Positions 19,029-29,189 of a stretch of DNA of 53,917 bases are shown one piece after another. The stretch's first letter is position 1. The number at the start of each line of letters is the position of its first letter. Below the pieces are notes generated by a model that was given only the letters and a program-made list of their open reading frames with translations, was not told the DNA's origin and did not search any database. Origin of the DNA: Candidatus Thorarchaeota archaeon (GTDB lineage: Archaea > Asgardarchaeota > Thorarchaeia > Thorarchaeales > Thorarchaeaceae); NCBI GenBank assembly GCA_046758445.1, contig JBHIAE010000020.1, positions 1 through 53,917 on the forward strand, given 5' to 3'. The position numbers and the translations under genes were made by a program.

Positions 19029-19745
19029 ATGGTGAGTGTCAACTTGAAGCTGGTGAAGGGTGATTTGATTCTTCCGTCAGGTGTTTCGGTTCTGGACCGG
19101 CTCCTCAACGGCGGGCTGCCTACTGGGAGTTTCATTCATGTCTATGGTGAAGCGGCCTCGGGTAAGACCACTTTTGCCCTTCAGTTTGTCAGCGCAGCCT
19201 GTAGGATCGGAGTTGATACGATATATGTCAACTCTGAAACTGGTTCCCCAGTTGAGAGACTAGAACAGATAACTGGGAAGAAGTTCAGCGAGATTGAAGA
19301 CAGACTCAGAATCCTGTCGCCAAAGGACTTCATTGAACAAGGGGCACTCATTGATGACATCGATCTCTATGCACGAGAAGGTACGAGACTTGTTGTGGTC
19401 GACACGCTCACAAGGTTGTACAGATCGGTGTTAGACGATCGAAAGACGAACTATTCGAACCACCGCGAGCTAAACCGCCAAGCAGGGATGCTGAAAGGGT
19501 TGGCGGTGCACAGAGATCTAGCAGTGCTTGTTCTGAATCAAGTACGCGGAAGTATGATAGAGATGGGAGGGTTTGAACCAGTGGCGAAGAATATCATGGA
19601 CTACTGGTCTGATTATGTGGTGAGAGCACGTCTTGGTAAGACAACAGGATATAGGATATTTGACAGGACAAGACCCGAAGGAGATCCAACGTTCAGTATA
19701 CTATACCTCACAGAAAAAGGACTGGCGACTGAACAAAAACAGTGA
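19029..19745 (+). CDS. radB: RecA/RadB-family ATPase
   Basis: LPSG...LD.LL.GG, GEAASGKTT Walker A, LVVVD Walker B, VLNQV. Confidence 0.82.
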   Translation: MVSVNLKLVKGDLILPSGVSVLDRLLNGGLPTGSFIHVYGEAASGKTTFALQFVSAACRIGVDTIYVNSETGSPVERLEQITGKKFSEIEDRLRILSPKDFIEQGALIDDIDLYAREGTRLVVVDTLTRLYRSVLDDRKTNYSNHRELNRQAGMLKGLAVHRDLAVLVLNQVRGSMIEMGGFEPVAKNIMDYWSDYVVRARLGKTTGYRIFDRTRPEGDPTFSILYLTEKGLATEQKQ

Positions 19746-19786
19746 AATGCGACACATATTGGGTTTTGAGGTAAGGAGTCACATCC

Positions 19787-20347
19787 ATGTACTTGCCGCT
19801 AGCGTTGTTCGAGCTCTCCCTATGGATTGGTCTGCCTGCTTGGATTGCGAATGCAACTCCTGTAATCTTCGGAGGAGGTAGACCCATAGATGGAGGCCAA
19901 GTACTGCGTGACGGGCACAGAATTCTCGGTGATGGAAAGACCATCCGGGGTTTCATTGTGGGTGTGGTTCTGGGCACTCTGACTGGCCTTGCCCAGTATT
20001 TATCGGCCCCTTACCTCCTCCCAGTTTTGGACCAGTTTGTGACGGTGTCACCGGACATGGAGTATGTGTTGTTCATGACTGTTCCATCAGCCATTCTCCT
20101 TTCCGTGGGAGCCCTATCTGGCGATCTTCTTGGCTCCTTTCTCAAGAGAAGAGCGAGTATTCAGAGTGGGAGTCCCTCGCCTATGCTTGATCAACTCGGT
20201 TTCATAATCATGGCACTGATCTTCGCATACCCATTTCTGCAGCCTCAGTCAGTCTATGTAGTCATACTGATACTCACTACTCTCGGAATTCACTGGCTTA
20301 GTAATGCTGTTGGCTATCTTCTTGGACTAAAGAAACACCCATGGTGA
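19787..20347 (+). CDS. carS: CDP-archaeol synthase (DUF46)
   Basis: PAWIANATP, PIDGG, ILGDGKT.RG, GDLLGSFLKRR, LDQ, LK..PW. Confidence 0.93.
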   Translation: MYLPLALFELSLWIGLPAWIANATPVIFGGGRPIDGGQVLRDGHRILGDGKTIRGFIVGVVLGTLTGLAQYLSAPYLLPVLDQFVTVSPDMEYVLFMTVPSAILLSVGALSGDLLGSFLKRRASIQSGSPSPMLDQLGFIIMALIFAYPFLQPQSVYVVILILTTLGIHWLSNAVGYLLGLKKHPW

Positions 20348-20531
20348 GCTTTTGTTTATGTACCGTGCGGCTTGGCATATGACATCAATGGGCCATTAAC
20401 GTTTTATAGAGAAAGAGAGTAGGTCCTTAACGGCCCTATCTCGTTCGGTCACTGCCGCTGGGCCAGAATGGTCTGTTGCAGGAACATAGTGGTATGACAC
20501 GCCCTTTCTATGATAGTGGAGTAACGTCAAC

Positions 20532-21380
20532 ATGAAAGTCGCTGATTGCATGCAGTCTGATGTAGTCTACATATCTGTCCCTGGCACAAGAGAAGATGTC
20601 CTGCAAATGATGGCTGAGAAACAGATCAACGGTTTCCCCGTAGTGAAGAAAGGAACAAAGACCTTGGTGGGAATAGTCACAAGAAACGATTTGCTGAGAA
20701 AGGCCGACGAAACTCAGCTGGCAATGTTGATGGTCAGAAACCCGGCGACAGCAACGCCGCGAACAAAAGTCAAGACTGTGGCCAAGATGATGCTGGAGAA
20801 GGGTTTCAGAAGAGTCCCTGTCGTCGACAAGGATGAATTGGTGGGTCTGGTCACGGTGCCTGACATCCTAGGGGCTGTGCTTGAAGAGAGCGAGGAGTTT
20901 CAGAACATTCTGGTAAAGGACTACATGAGAACTCAGATTACTGCTGTCTGGGACGAGACTCCCCTTCCTCTTACGTACATGGTTATGGAGATGGCAGGAA
21001 AGAATGCCCTCGTACTGATGAACGAAGGCGGAGGAGTCACTGGAATGATTACTGTCAGCGACTATATCCGTCTCTCAGAAGTGACTGTCGAGGACAATGT
21101 CAGCAAGACCTACTCAGGAACTGACTCGGCGGTCGAATGGGGCTGGACATCAAAGGACTTCCTTGTGGTTACCAAGAAGCTGCTGAGGCTTCCCAACGTG
21201 CCCGTGAAGGATGTAATGACTAAGAACATCATCAGCGTGAGTGAGGTCATGACAATTCCTGAGTGTGTAAGGGAATTCAGAAAGAATGACATAGATCAGG
21301 CACCCGTACTATCAGCAACAAGTAGTCTAATTGGCATGATAGAAGACACAGACCTGTTGAAGTTGACTCTCGGGGACTAG
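20532..21380 (+). CDS. Four-CBS-domain protein
   Basis: Repeated CBS motifs (FPVV...LVGIVT, VPVV...LVGLVT, VKDVM, APV...LIGMI). Confidence 0.9.
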   Translation: MKVADCMQSDVVYISVPGTREDVLQMMAEKQINGFPVVKKGTKTLVGIVTRNDLLRKADETQLAMLMVRNPATATPRTKVKTVAKMMLEKGFRRVPVVDKDELVGLVTVPDILGAVLEESEEFQNILVKDYMRTQITAVWDETPLPLTYMVMEMAGKNALVLMNEGGGVTGMITVSDYIRLSEVTVEDNVSKTYSGTDSAVEWGWTSKDFLVVTKKLLRLPNVPVKDVMTKNIISVSEVMTIPECVREFRKNDIDQAPVLSATSSLIGMIEDTDLLKLTLGD

Positions 21381-21391
21381 TAGGGGGAGTT

Positions 21392-24300
21392 CTAAGAGTC
21401 TGAGAAATCGGACCAGGATGTCTGTTCAGACACGAACAGTGAGTCCAAGGCTGAGTTGACAAGATTCAATCGCTGTTTCAGATACTGACTGAGATCGTGT
21501 TCACCAATCAGCTTCTCTGCAACTCCTACGTACTTTGAGATATTCTTCTGACTCACGGTCAGTAGAAGGCCCTCTCCGCAGACGCATCTTCCAGACATCG
21601 GGACTCTCCGATAGATTCTGTTACATTTTCGACATCGAGTCTTCTGAGTCGAATAGGCTCTCAGGTTTCCTCTGATGTCACGAATAAAGTGGTGTGACAG
21701 TACTCTCTCAGCAACATCTCTTGAGTCTACAGCGTCAAGCAGTACAGCCAATTGAAGCTGTGCTTCGAGCTTCTCGTTCATGGTTCCTAGAGTCTTGTAC
21801 CTTGTGTTGCGAGGGCCCGCATCAATTGAAGATGTGTCGTGGGTGAAACCGAATCCTTCGTATTGTGCTTCGGTTCCAAGTCGAGACTGAATTGTGTCAA
21901 CAAGGTCCTTGACGGTCTTTGGGTGTTGAGCCTCAGCAACCATCTCAAAGAACTCAGCAGGATATCGGTAGCACACCTCAATGTTGTGGCTCTCATCATC
22001 CACCTCTTCTGGGTTTAGAACCACGGATAGTACAAGAGGTGCGTCCATGAAGCCACCTCTACCGGCGGGGAGATACTCCTTTGAGAAATTGATGAGAGCA
22101 TCGAGTACCAGAATCAGAGCGTCCTCGTCGCCATCGCAGTTGCGTCTCTTCGCGGCATGCCAGTACGGATGGGCATAACAGACACTTGCATTCGTGAACC
22201 CAACAATCCTTCCGATTATCCCCGCGGAAGTATGTGGAGCTAGACCCACTACCAGTTGACCAATTACATCCTCGTGCAACCTGAAGTTGTAGTACCTCTC
22301 CAGTCCATAGATCTTTTCCAGACAGTCGTCTACGAACTTGCCAACTCTGACCATATAGTCAGCACAGTTCTCAGGTACAATCAGGTCCTGAACCTTGAGC
22401 TCGACTATCTGTCTATCAGAAACCAGTGGTGCACCTTGATGGTCGCTGATATATCCAAGCTCGCGGAGCTTCTTTACCGAAACTCCCACCTCATACGGTC
22501 TGAAGTGTGTCAGTGGAGCATCAGTGACATCAAATCTTGCTGTTCCGTCCCGATAGCAGTACACGTCGTGTTTTGCTCTTAGGATGCCCTTACCGAGATA
22601 CTCGGGAATCTTCAGATTACTGGTTAGACCCAAGACGGCTCTGAGATTATATGCATGCGGCTCTCCTATCTCGGTCTTCACACGTTCTAGGAGCTGGTGG
22701 ATGTTGACCGAAACCGTCCTTGTGGTGCGATGTCCATATGGACACATGCCAGTGGACCGGTCCACTGGTTGACCACAGAGTTGACCTTGATCCTCTGCCG
22801 AGCATGATTCTTGGAGTTCGGTATGCGTGCCGCACACAGGACATCGAGATTCGAATGTTTCATTCTCGCACTCTGGGCATACTCGATCGACGAGTTCAAG
22901 GTTCACTCCCAAATCGGCTGGTGGATCTACCAGTTCTCCCGAACAGGAAAACGAGTATTGGCCGGCAGTCAGTTGTGTGCTCTTAGCAACCTTCTCAATG
23001 CCTCTTTCAGTTCCCAGTGTGCGTCCTACAGGGAAGAGCACCTGCACAGGAGGCCTCATCTTACGCTCCTCTGCTTTCTCAGGCCGACCCATTCGTGCCC
23101 CGATTGAAAAACCGGTCTTATTCCTCAGTTCGACATGCGAACATGAGTTGAGTGCCTCAAGGGCATTACTTCCTGCGGCGGTGGCTGACTTCTCCCCCAG
23201 CTGTGCAAGTATTGTGACAGGACTATCACTCAGCACAATACGCTTGCCGCCATTAGTCACTTCGTGGGGCGCGCCTATTCTCTCAAGCAGGACCTTGTGT
23301 TTCTTGCTATTTCGCAGAGAGATCCTGTCACCATCGGAGGTCTTCTCGAGTTTGTGCTTGGTCAATATCCACCCTCTCAGGTCCAGCATCTCCTGAAGAG
23401 AAAGAATGGACCACCGGTACAAGTATCGCGGGTGTAGAGGAATTCTGAACTTCTCCGAGAGACTGATAGCTTCTTCCGGATTCGGTATTCTGTCGAATGG
23501 GGTTTCCACGAATGACTCGATATGATCAGAATCCATGTTCATCTCAGCAAGCAGTTTGCCAATCTGTTTCTTGCCCAGTCCACTGAACGCGCGCTCTAAA
23601 TCGTGAGACCACCACTCCTCGCAGTATCCAGATGGAACGAGTGGATGGTTGTTCTCCAGAAACTCTCCGAGTCCTACCAATATGTCGCCTAGGTAAATCA
23701 CTCGGTCTATCTTGCCCTGCAACTCACGTGCCTCTTCGACTGTGTAGACTTGTCGCACTGAACCGTTTCTCAATAAGACAGTTGGACCCTCAATCGTGTC
23801 AACAGGAGCAACTATCGAACCCTTACCAGGGCGTTCTGTTCTGATGTGAGTCCCAGGAGCCAAGAACTCGTCGACGAGAAACATCGTGGCTGGATGGACA
23901 CCGACACCAGCCAGACCGGTATTCCTCGAACGGCCATATCTTAGTCGAAACCCTCCGAGATGGGAGGGATGAGAGAATACAGGTCGACCACCAATGACAT
24001 CCGTCAAATAGTCAGACTTCGGCTCGAGCTTCTTATCAACCAAGTCATCTGCCTCAGACGGTACTGCCTTAGACATCGTTGCTGCCACATCATTGAGCCA
24101 TTCCCATCCCTTGATGGCCATGTCAGTGACGTTCTTTGCCAGCTTTGTCGCTTTTCCTACGACCCCATCACTAAGGACTAGTACTGCTCCACCACGAACG
24201 CGGTTGGTTTCTATTCGTTCGAGATCCCGAGTGCCAGTGACCTCGAACTCCTCGGTAGGCTCACCTGTGAGCATTATCGGAAGCTTGGAAGCAACTAGTC

Positions 24301-24940
24301 GAACTAGCTCAGGTTGAACCGGGAATTGTAAGTGTGCCAATCGAGCATAAAGCTCAACTTCCTCTAATGCACGTTCAACCTCCTGTTCAGTGGCTACAAA
24401 TGCAGGCAGACCAAGCACTTGACGAACGTGGTCAGCAACCAAGACTGTCATTGCTGTTTCTGTGCCACCAGCCGCTCGAATGGGACCAGCTAGGTAGAGT
24501 GCGAGATACTTGTCATCTCCGGAACCCCGGATTCGTACTTTGGATATTCCCTCTATAGGAGCCGCGGTTATACTCTCTGTAAGTATGGCTAAAGCCACTC
24601 GTACAGCCTTGTCAACTGCTTTCTCGGGACCCTCTATGTTTCCTAGCTCTCCTTTTGCAATCTCTTCTGCGACTGCAAAGGCCACCTCTTCTCGTGTTTC
24701 GAGTTTCTCTCTCAGTTCTCTGATGCGCTTGGCAACACCTACAGGACCTTCTAGAGTGACTTCAACGCGAGCTGCAACATCGTGTGCTGGAGGAATCTCA
24801 ATCTTGATGGTTGGGTCATACCCTTTGGACCGAGCCTTCTCGGCGACTGAATAGATCTGCTCGACCTCTTTGTTAAGTGCTTCAAAGTACTGAGCATAGC
24901 TAACACTGTGTTTCGGAAGATTCGGCTCAGACGCGGTCAC
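21392..24940 (-). CDS. polC: DNA polymerase D large subunit DP2
   Basis: AGPIRAAGGT, GGFRLRYGRSRN, GARMGRPEK, HAAKRRNCDGDED catalytic motif, C-terminal Zn finger and PIP-like QTSWSDF; no intein evident. Confidence 0.98.
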   Translation of the reverse strand: MTASEPNLPKHSVSYAQYFEALNKEVEQIYSVAEKARSKGYDPTIKIEIPPAHDVAARVEVTLEGPVGVAKRIRELREKLETREEVAFAVAEEIAKGELGNIEGPEKAVDKAVRVALAILTESITAAPIEGISKVRIRGSGDDKYLALYLAGPIRAAGGTETAMTVLVADHVRQVLGLPAFVATEQEVERALEEVELYARLAHLQFPVQPELVRLVASKLPIMLTGEPTEEFEVTGTRDLERIETNRVRGGAVLVLSDGVVGKATKLAKNVTDMAIKGWEWLNDVAATMSKAVPSEADDLVDKKLEPKSDYLTDVIGGRPVFSHPSHLGGFRLRYGRSRNTGLAGVGVHPATMFLVDEFLAPGTHIRTERPGKGSIVAPVDTIEGPTVLLRNGSVRQVYTVEEARELQGKIDRVIYLGDILVGLGEFLENNHPLVPSGYCEEWWSHDLERAFSGLGKKQIGKLLAEMNMDSDHIESFVETPFDRIPNPEEAISLSEKFRIPLHPRYLYRWSILSLQEMLDLRGWILTKHKLEKTSDGDRISLRNSKKHKVLLERIGAPHEVTNGGKRIVLSDSPVTILAQLGEKSATAAGSNALEALNSCSHVELRNKTGFSIGARMGRPEKAEERKMRPPVQVLFPVGRTLGTERGIEKVAKSTQLTAGQYSFSCSGELVDPPADLGVNLELVDRVCPECENETFESRCPVCGTHTELQESCSAEDQGQLCGQPVDRSTGMCPYGHRTTRTVSVNIHQLLERVKTEIGEPHAYNLRAVLGLTSNLKIPEYLGKGILRAKHDVYCYRDGTARFDVTDAPLTHFRPYEVGVSVKKLRELGYISDHQGAPLVSDRQIVELKVQDLIVPENCADYMVRVGKFVDDCLEKIYGLERYYNFRLHEDVIGQLVVGLAPHTSAGIIGRIVGFTNASVCYAHPYWHAAKRRNCDGDEDALILVLDALINFSKEYLPAGRGGFMDAPLVLSVVLNPEEVDDESHNIEVCYRYPAEFFEMVAEAQHPKTVKDLVDTIQSRLGTEAQYEGFGFTHDTSSIDAGPRNTRYKTLGTMNEKLEAQLQLAVLLDAVDSRDVAERVLSHHFIRDIRGNLRAYSTQKTRCRKCNRIYRRVPMSGRCVCGEGLLLTVSQKNISKYVGVAEKLIGEHDLSQYLKQRLNLVNSALDSLFVSEQTSWSDFSDS

Positions 24941-25090
24941 GGCTCGTCAGGTCTTTGTTGCTTGATCGTGTCTTTTATCTTTCGGCCTGGACACGTTAGC
25001 TCGGATTCTTCGAGCAGTGAGGTTTAAAGCATCGATAGGGGACCCTTAGTTGACCAAACGCGGCCAGTGGTTGTCAGGACGGTAATAGTA

Positions 25091-26863
25091 GTGCTTACAC
25101 TCGAAGAAACAATCGAACTGATTCTCAAGAATACGGACTACGAACGTCAGGATGTCCTGAAGATGATTGAAGAGAAAAGGCAGGAGCTGGGTCCAGAAGT
25201 CGTGAATGAGGAATCGGCTGCCATGATTGTCGCCCGAGAACTTGGGATAGACCTGCAGCAGATATCTGCAAAAGCACGACTCAAGATTGAGGACATCACT
25301 GAGAGTACAAGGAATGTAACCCTCACTGCGAAAGTCATCAACGTGGGGTCCGTCCGAACCTTCACGCGTAAGGGGGAGGGTGGAGAGGGCAAAGTGGCAA
25401 GTCTTGTTATTGCCGATGAAACAGGGGAGATTAGAGTTGCACTCTGGGATGAGAGAACCAGAATAGTTTCCGAAGATGTCGTCAAGACAGGAGACGTCAT
25501 TCAAGTACGTGGGGGTTACGTGCGAAAAGGACTGAATGACAGACTAGAGGTCAATATGGGACGTATGTCTGGGATTAAGGTTCTTGATGAATACGAGCTT
25601 GAGGACCTTGATATCGAGATTGGCGAGGCCCCTGCAGGGAAGATTGCAGAACTTCAGGATAGAATGTTCAACATCACTCTTCTTGCCAAGGTGCAGAGGA
25701 TATTCCCACTGTCAACCTTCACCAGAAAGAGTGACGGGACTGAGGGAAAGGTCCTGAGCATGATTGTTGCAGATGAAACGGGGAGTACTCGTTTGGTGTT
25801 CTGGGACAAAGATGCTGAGCAGATGGAGAGTGCAAAGGAAGGTGAGGTCATCAGAGTGAAGGGAGCCTACTCCAAGACGGGGCGCTACGGGAACATCGAA
25901 GTCCATGGGGGCCGTTCCTCACAGATTGAAAGAGGACTAAAGATCAAGATTGATGCCGTAGAAGTTGCACCGGGAACAACAGCACCTACACCAATCGGGA
26001 AGAAGGAGATTGCAGAGATAACCACTCAGATGCGAGATGTAGACGTCGAGGGGAGAGTCGTCAGAGTGTTTCCGATTAACACTTTCGACCGAGAAGGAGG
26101 AGAGGGCCGCGTCCAGAACATAATCATAGCAGACGAAACGGCTCAGATTAGACTGACTTTCTGGAATGAGGATGTTGAGAAGATCGAATCCCTTCAGGAA
26201 GGGGACATAATTAGCGTCACACATGCATATGCCAAAGAGGGCTTTCGTGGGGGAGTAGAGGTGCATGCGGGTCGTAAAGCCGAGATTGAGATCAATCCCA
26301 AAGGCTCTCGACTCGAACAGCTCGCCCTCTCTGATCTGTCATTACAACCAAGGTCTATTGCCGCGGGAAGAGTGATGATAGGGCATATAGATGAGAACAG
26401 CGAAGGAAAGAGTGTCGAGATTTATGGTATTGTGGTAGGGATTACTCATGCAAGCCCTGTATATCCAGCATGTCCGAGCTGCAGAAAGAAAGTCGAGGAA
26501 ACTGAGGGGAAGTTCACCTGTAGTGTATGCGGTGACGTGAAGAAACCTGAGTATAGAATGCTGTACAAGATAACCGTGGATGACGGGTCTGGCTCCATAA
26601 GGGCTACACTGTTTGGCGAAACTGGAGAGGAACTTCTAGAAATGACTGCAGAGAAGGCCCATGAGCTCATCGAGAAGTCTGGGAACAAACTTGAGCCCTT
26701 GGAACAGAACTCTGACAGAATGCTGGGTAGATATGTTGCAGTGCAGGGTCGAGTTTCAAGATTCCGAGATTCCCTTGATGTCACGGCTAGTGGACTCACA
26801 TTTCCGGACCCTGTCGAAGAGAGCAAGCGCATGAGACAGACGATTGATGAGCTGATGGGATAG
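25091..26863 (+). CDS. rpa: Replication protein A large subunit (multi-OB fold + Zn finger)
   Basis: Three ADETG/A..(R)..W OB repeats, CPSC...CSVC Zn finger, VDDGSG; probable GTG start at 25091. Confidence 0.92.
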   Translation: MLTLEETIELILKNTDYERQDVLKMIEEKRQELGPEVVNEESAAMIVARELGIDLQQISAKARLKIEDITESTRNVTLTAKVINVGSVRTFTRKGEGGEGKVASLVIADETGEIRVALWDERTRIVSEDVVKTGDVIQVRGGYVRKGLNDRLEVNMGRMSGIKVLDEYELEDLDIEIGEAPAGKIAELQDRMFNITLLAKVQRIFPLSTFTRKSDGTEGKVLSMIVADETGSTRLVFWDKDAEQMESAKEGEVIRVKGAYSKTGRYGNIEVHGGRSSQIERGLKIKIDAVEVAPGTTAPTPIGKKEIAEITTQMRDVDVEGRVVRVFPINTFDREGGEGRVQNIIIADETAQIRLTFWNEDVEKIESLQEGDIISVTHAYAKEGFRGGVEVHAGRKAEIEINPKGSRLEQLALSDLSLQPRSIAAGRVMIGHIDENSEGKSVEIYGIVVGITHASPVYPACPSCRKKVEETEGKFTCSVCGDVKKPEYRMLYKITVDDGSGSIRATLFGETGEELLEMTAEKAHELIEKSGNKLEPLEQNSDRMLGRYVAVQGRVSRFRDSLDVTASGLTFPDPVEESKRMRQTIDELMG

Positions 26864-26871
26864 TATTCCGA

Positions 26872-28104
26872 CTATGATGTGGCGTCAATCAGAGCTCGCA
26901 TCCCCTCAAGGAATGTTTGCACGTCGTCCAGATTGTTGTATAGATAGAAGCTAGCTCTTGCAGTCCCCATCGTGGGGGCAATCCCCAGTTGGTAGTGGAA
27001 TGGATGTACGCAATGGGCTCCAGAACGAACCATAACACAATACTCGTCGTTCAGAAAGGCTGCAATATCGTGCGCGGCCTCCACGCAGTCCACACTGAAT
27101 GTTACTAGTCCAGTCTTTTGGTTGATGTCATCAGTCCCCAGAATCTTGACATGATCCATCTCTTTGAGTTCTCTCAGAGCGACTTCCAAGAGGGCTCTCT
27201 CGTGGCTTTCTATCTTCTGCATTCCGATATCCTGCAAGTACTCGGCTGCTGCGCCGGCACCAATGGCCCCTGCGTAGTTCTGTAGTCCAGCCTCGAACTT
27301 CTCAGGTGGTGGGAGGTAGCTGGGGACTATCTGGCCATTCTCGTACCGAACATCTTCAACAGTGTCTCCGCCCACGAGAAACATCTTCATCGATTTCAGA
27401 TGCTCTAGTTTACCATAAAGGACCCCCATTCCTGTTGGGCCACACATCTTGTGAACTGATATTGCTGAGAAGTCCACGTCAGACTTCTGGACATCAAGGG
27501 GATGATGGGGTGCATACTGTGCGTCGTCAGACATCACAAGGGCACCACAGTCATGAGCGATCTCGATAATCTCTTCGAGTGGTGCAACCGTGCCTGTGAC
27601 ATTTGATGAATGTACTATTGAAACCAACCGTGTCTTACTGTCAAGGGCTTCTTTCCAATCTTCTATATCAAAGGTGCCGTCAGCTCTTGCCTTCACCACC
27701 TCAATCTTCAGGGAATCTCGCTTGGCGCGTTCCACAAAGGGAAGTGAACCGCTGTGATGTTCCAGAGTAGTTGTCACCATCTTGGCATCTCTTGGGAGTT
27801 CTGTTGAGCAGGCAACGATGTTTAGAGCCTCTGTGGCGTTTCGCGTCCAGATGCACTCTGATGCCTCAGCAGCATTCAGGAAACCAGCGAACTTTTCCCT
27901 TGATGCGGAGTAGGCATTGGATGCCTCTTCACCAAGCTTGTGGATGCTGCGGCCACCACAAGCAGGATACTTCTCATAGTACTCGTTCATGGCTTGGACT
28001 ACTCGCACAGGCTTGAGTGCCATACAGGCGCTGTCAAGGTATACAATGGGCCGCCCATTTATCGTGCGCTTCAAGACTGGAAAATCAGATCTTACATCCA
28101 ACAT
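26872..28104 (-). CDS. sufS: Cysteine desulfurase, SufS type
   Basis: DFPVL, YLDSA, EHHS, SNVTG, SVHKMCGPTG.G, RSGAHC, RASFYLYN. Confidence 0.93.
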   Translation of the reverse strand: MLDVRSDFPVLKRTINGRPIVYLDSACMALKPVRVVQAMNEYYEKYPACGGRSIHKLGEEASNAYSASREKFAGFLNAAEASECIWTRNATEALNIVACSTELPRDAKMVTTTLEHHSGSLPFVERAKRDSLKIEVVKARADGTFDIEDWKEALDSKTRLVSIVHSSNVTGTVAPLEEIIEIAHDCGALVMSDDAQYAPHHPLDVQKSDVDFSAISVHKMCGPTGMGVLYGKLEHLKSMKMFLVGGDTVEDVRYENGQIVPSYLPPPEKFEAGLQNYAGAIGAGAAAEYLQDIGMQKIESHERALLEVALRELKEMDHVKILGTDDINQKTGLVTFSVDCVEAAHDIAAFLNDEYCVMVRSGAHCVHPFHYQLGIAPTMGTARASFYLYNNLDDVQTFLEGMRALIDATS

Positions 28105-28109
28105 GTGAA

Positions 28110-28349
28110 TCAGTCGCCTTTCACTATTTGCCAGCGATACCCGCCTTTTCCGAGCTTCCTAGTTATGAGCCCCTTGTCCACGAGTTGCCTTGCGGCCACA
28201 ATGAATGTGTCGCCACCCGCGCAATCTCGACATATGTCAGCATACTCATCGCTACGAGCAATCTCAAGAACTTCCGATGTCATGAGAGGGTTGACTGCAT
28301 TCTGTAGTATTCTTAATACACATTGGGCGTTTCTTGAGAGGTCTGACAT
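28110..28349 (-). CDS. Small winged-helix-like protein with CxxC, directly upstream of sufS
   Basis: 79 aa from ATG 28349; CRDC; L..KGLI.R...GGYRW wing signature; 5-nt gap to sufS. Confidence 0.65.
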   Translation of the reverse strand: MSDLSRNAQCVLRILQNAVNPLMTSEVLEIARSDEYADICRDCAGGDTFIVAARQLVDKGLITRKLGKGGYRWQIVKGD

Positions 28350-28505
28350 CGTGTTGGGCTGCGGTGCAGGACCCAATAAGAAAGCTTTGATTGATGGTCC
28401 CCTTTGACTCATCATAAGCCTTAAATGAATTCTATCAGGGTGCAGCCCGCTCTTTCTATGGAGACTCCTGCCCAAGTTGTGGGTAATAGGCAGAGGTGAA
28501 TCATT

Positions 28506-28760
28506 GTGGGAAGAAGACGAAGACAGAAAGTACGGCGACGCCCTCAGAAACGGATTCCAGATGTGTATCCATGCCCTGATTGTGGTAACACTGCAATCAA
28601 GATCGAACTCCAGCGTAGCAATAGTCTTGCAAGTGTCAAGTGTGGGTCTTGTGGACTGGAGATGGCAGTTGATGATGTCAACCCCTTAACAGAGCCCGTT
28701 GATATCTACGGTACTTTCATAGACAGGTTCTACGAGGAGCGCAGTGCAGAGGCTGCCTAG
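28506..28760 (+). CDS. elf1: Transcription elongation factor Elf1
   Basis: MGRRRR basic N-terminus, CPDC...CGSC Zn ribbon, LTEPVDIY..FID. Confidence 0.93.
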   Translation: MGRRRRQKVRRRPQKRIPDVYPCPDCGNTAIKIELQRSNSLASVKCGSCGLEMAVDDVNPLTEPVDIYGTFIDRFYEERSAEAA

Positions 28761-28784
28761 TTCGGGCCCCATAATCAGCAATGG

Positions 28785-28790
28785 TTATAA
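28785..28790 (+). promoter_or_regulatory. TATA box for the microprotein/hypothetical/lhr unit
   Basis: TTATAA about 31 nt upstream of ATG 28821. Confidence 0.55.
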
Positions 28791-28820
28791 GTGAGGCAAA
28801 TCCGAGAACGCGGGATTTCT

Positions 28821-28934
28821 ATGCAAATCGAACTCATCCAGTCAATCTTGTCTCTTCTGCTCATCACCATGGGTATCGTGGCCCTGATGCTGATCTTTGC
28901 CTATTCGGTCTGGGGTGAGGAGGAAGATGAGTAA
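28821..28934 (+). CDS. 37-aa single-TM microprotein, OST4-like
   Basis: Manual translation MQIELIQSILSLLLITMGIVALMLIFAYSVWGEEEDE; own TATA box; fills the intergenic gap. Confidence 0.6.
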   Translation: MQIELIQSILSLLLITMGIVALMLIFAYSVWGEEEDE

Positions 28935-28952
28935 TGACACGGGAGGTCCCTC

Positions 28953-29189
28953 TTGATGAGTTCAGACGAGCTTCTTCTTCATGCCTTTGAGAACATTGGA
29001 GGACACTTGGCCAATCTAGACTCAGTTCGTTCCATTGTTCAGGAGTTCAATGGCCATGGCCATTCAAGTGATGAATTGATTCGGTTGCTTGAGGAAAGAA
29101 TGGAAGAAACTGAGGTAACACTGAGGACTGACCTGCGCATATTGATTAATGAGATTCGACACCTGATGAGAGGGAAGTTCTCTGGATGA
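28953..29189 (+). CDS. Small helical hypothetical protein coupled to lhr
   Basis: GGAGG upstream; stop overlaps the lhr start (ATGA). Confidence 0.75.
   Translation: MMSSDELLLHAFENIGGHLANLDSVRSIVQEFNGHGHSSDELIRLLEERMEETEVTLRTDLRILINEIRHLMRGKFSG

Noticed and set aside
21392-24940. Intein in PolD DP2
   Set aside because: The length is typical and no intein splice or LAGLIDADG motifs were seen
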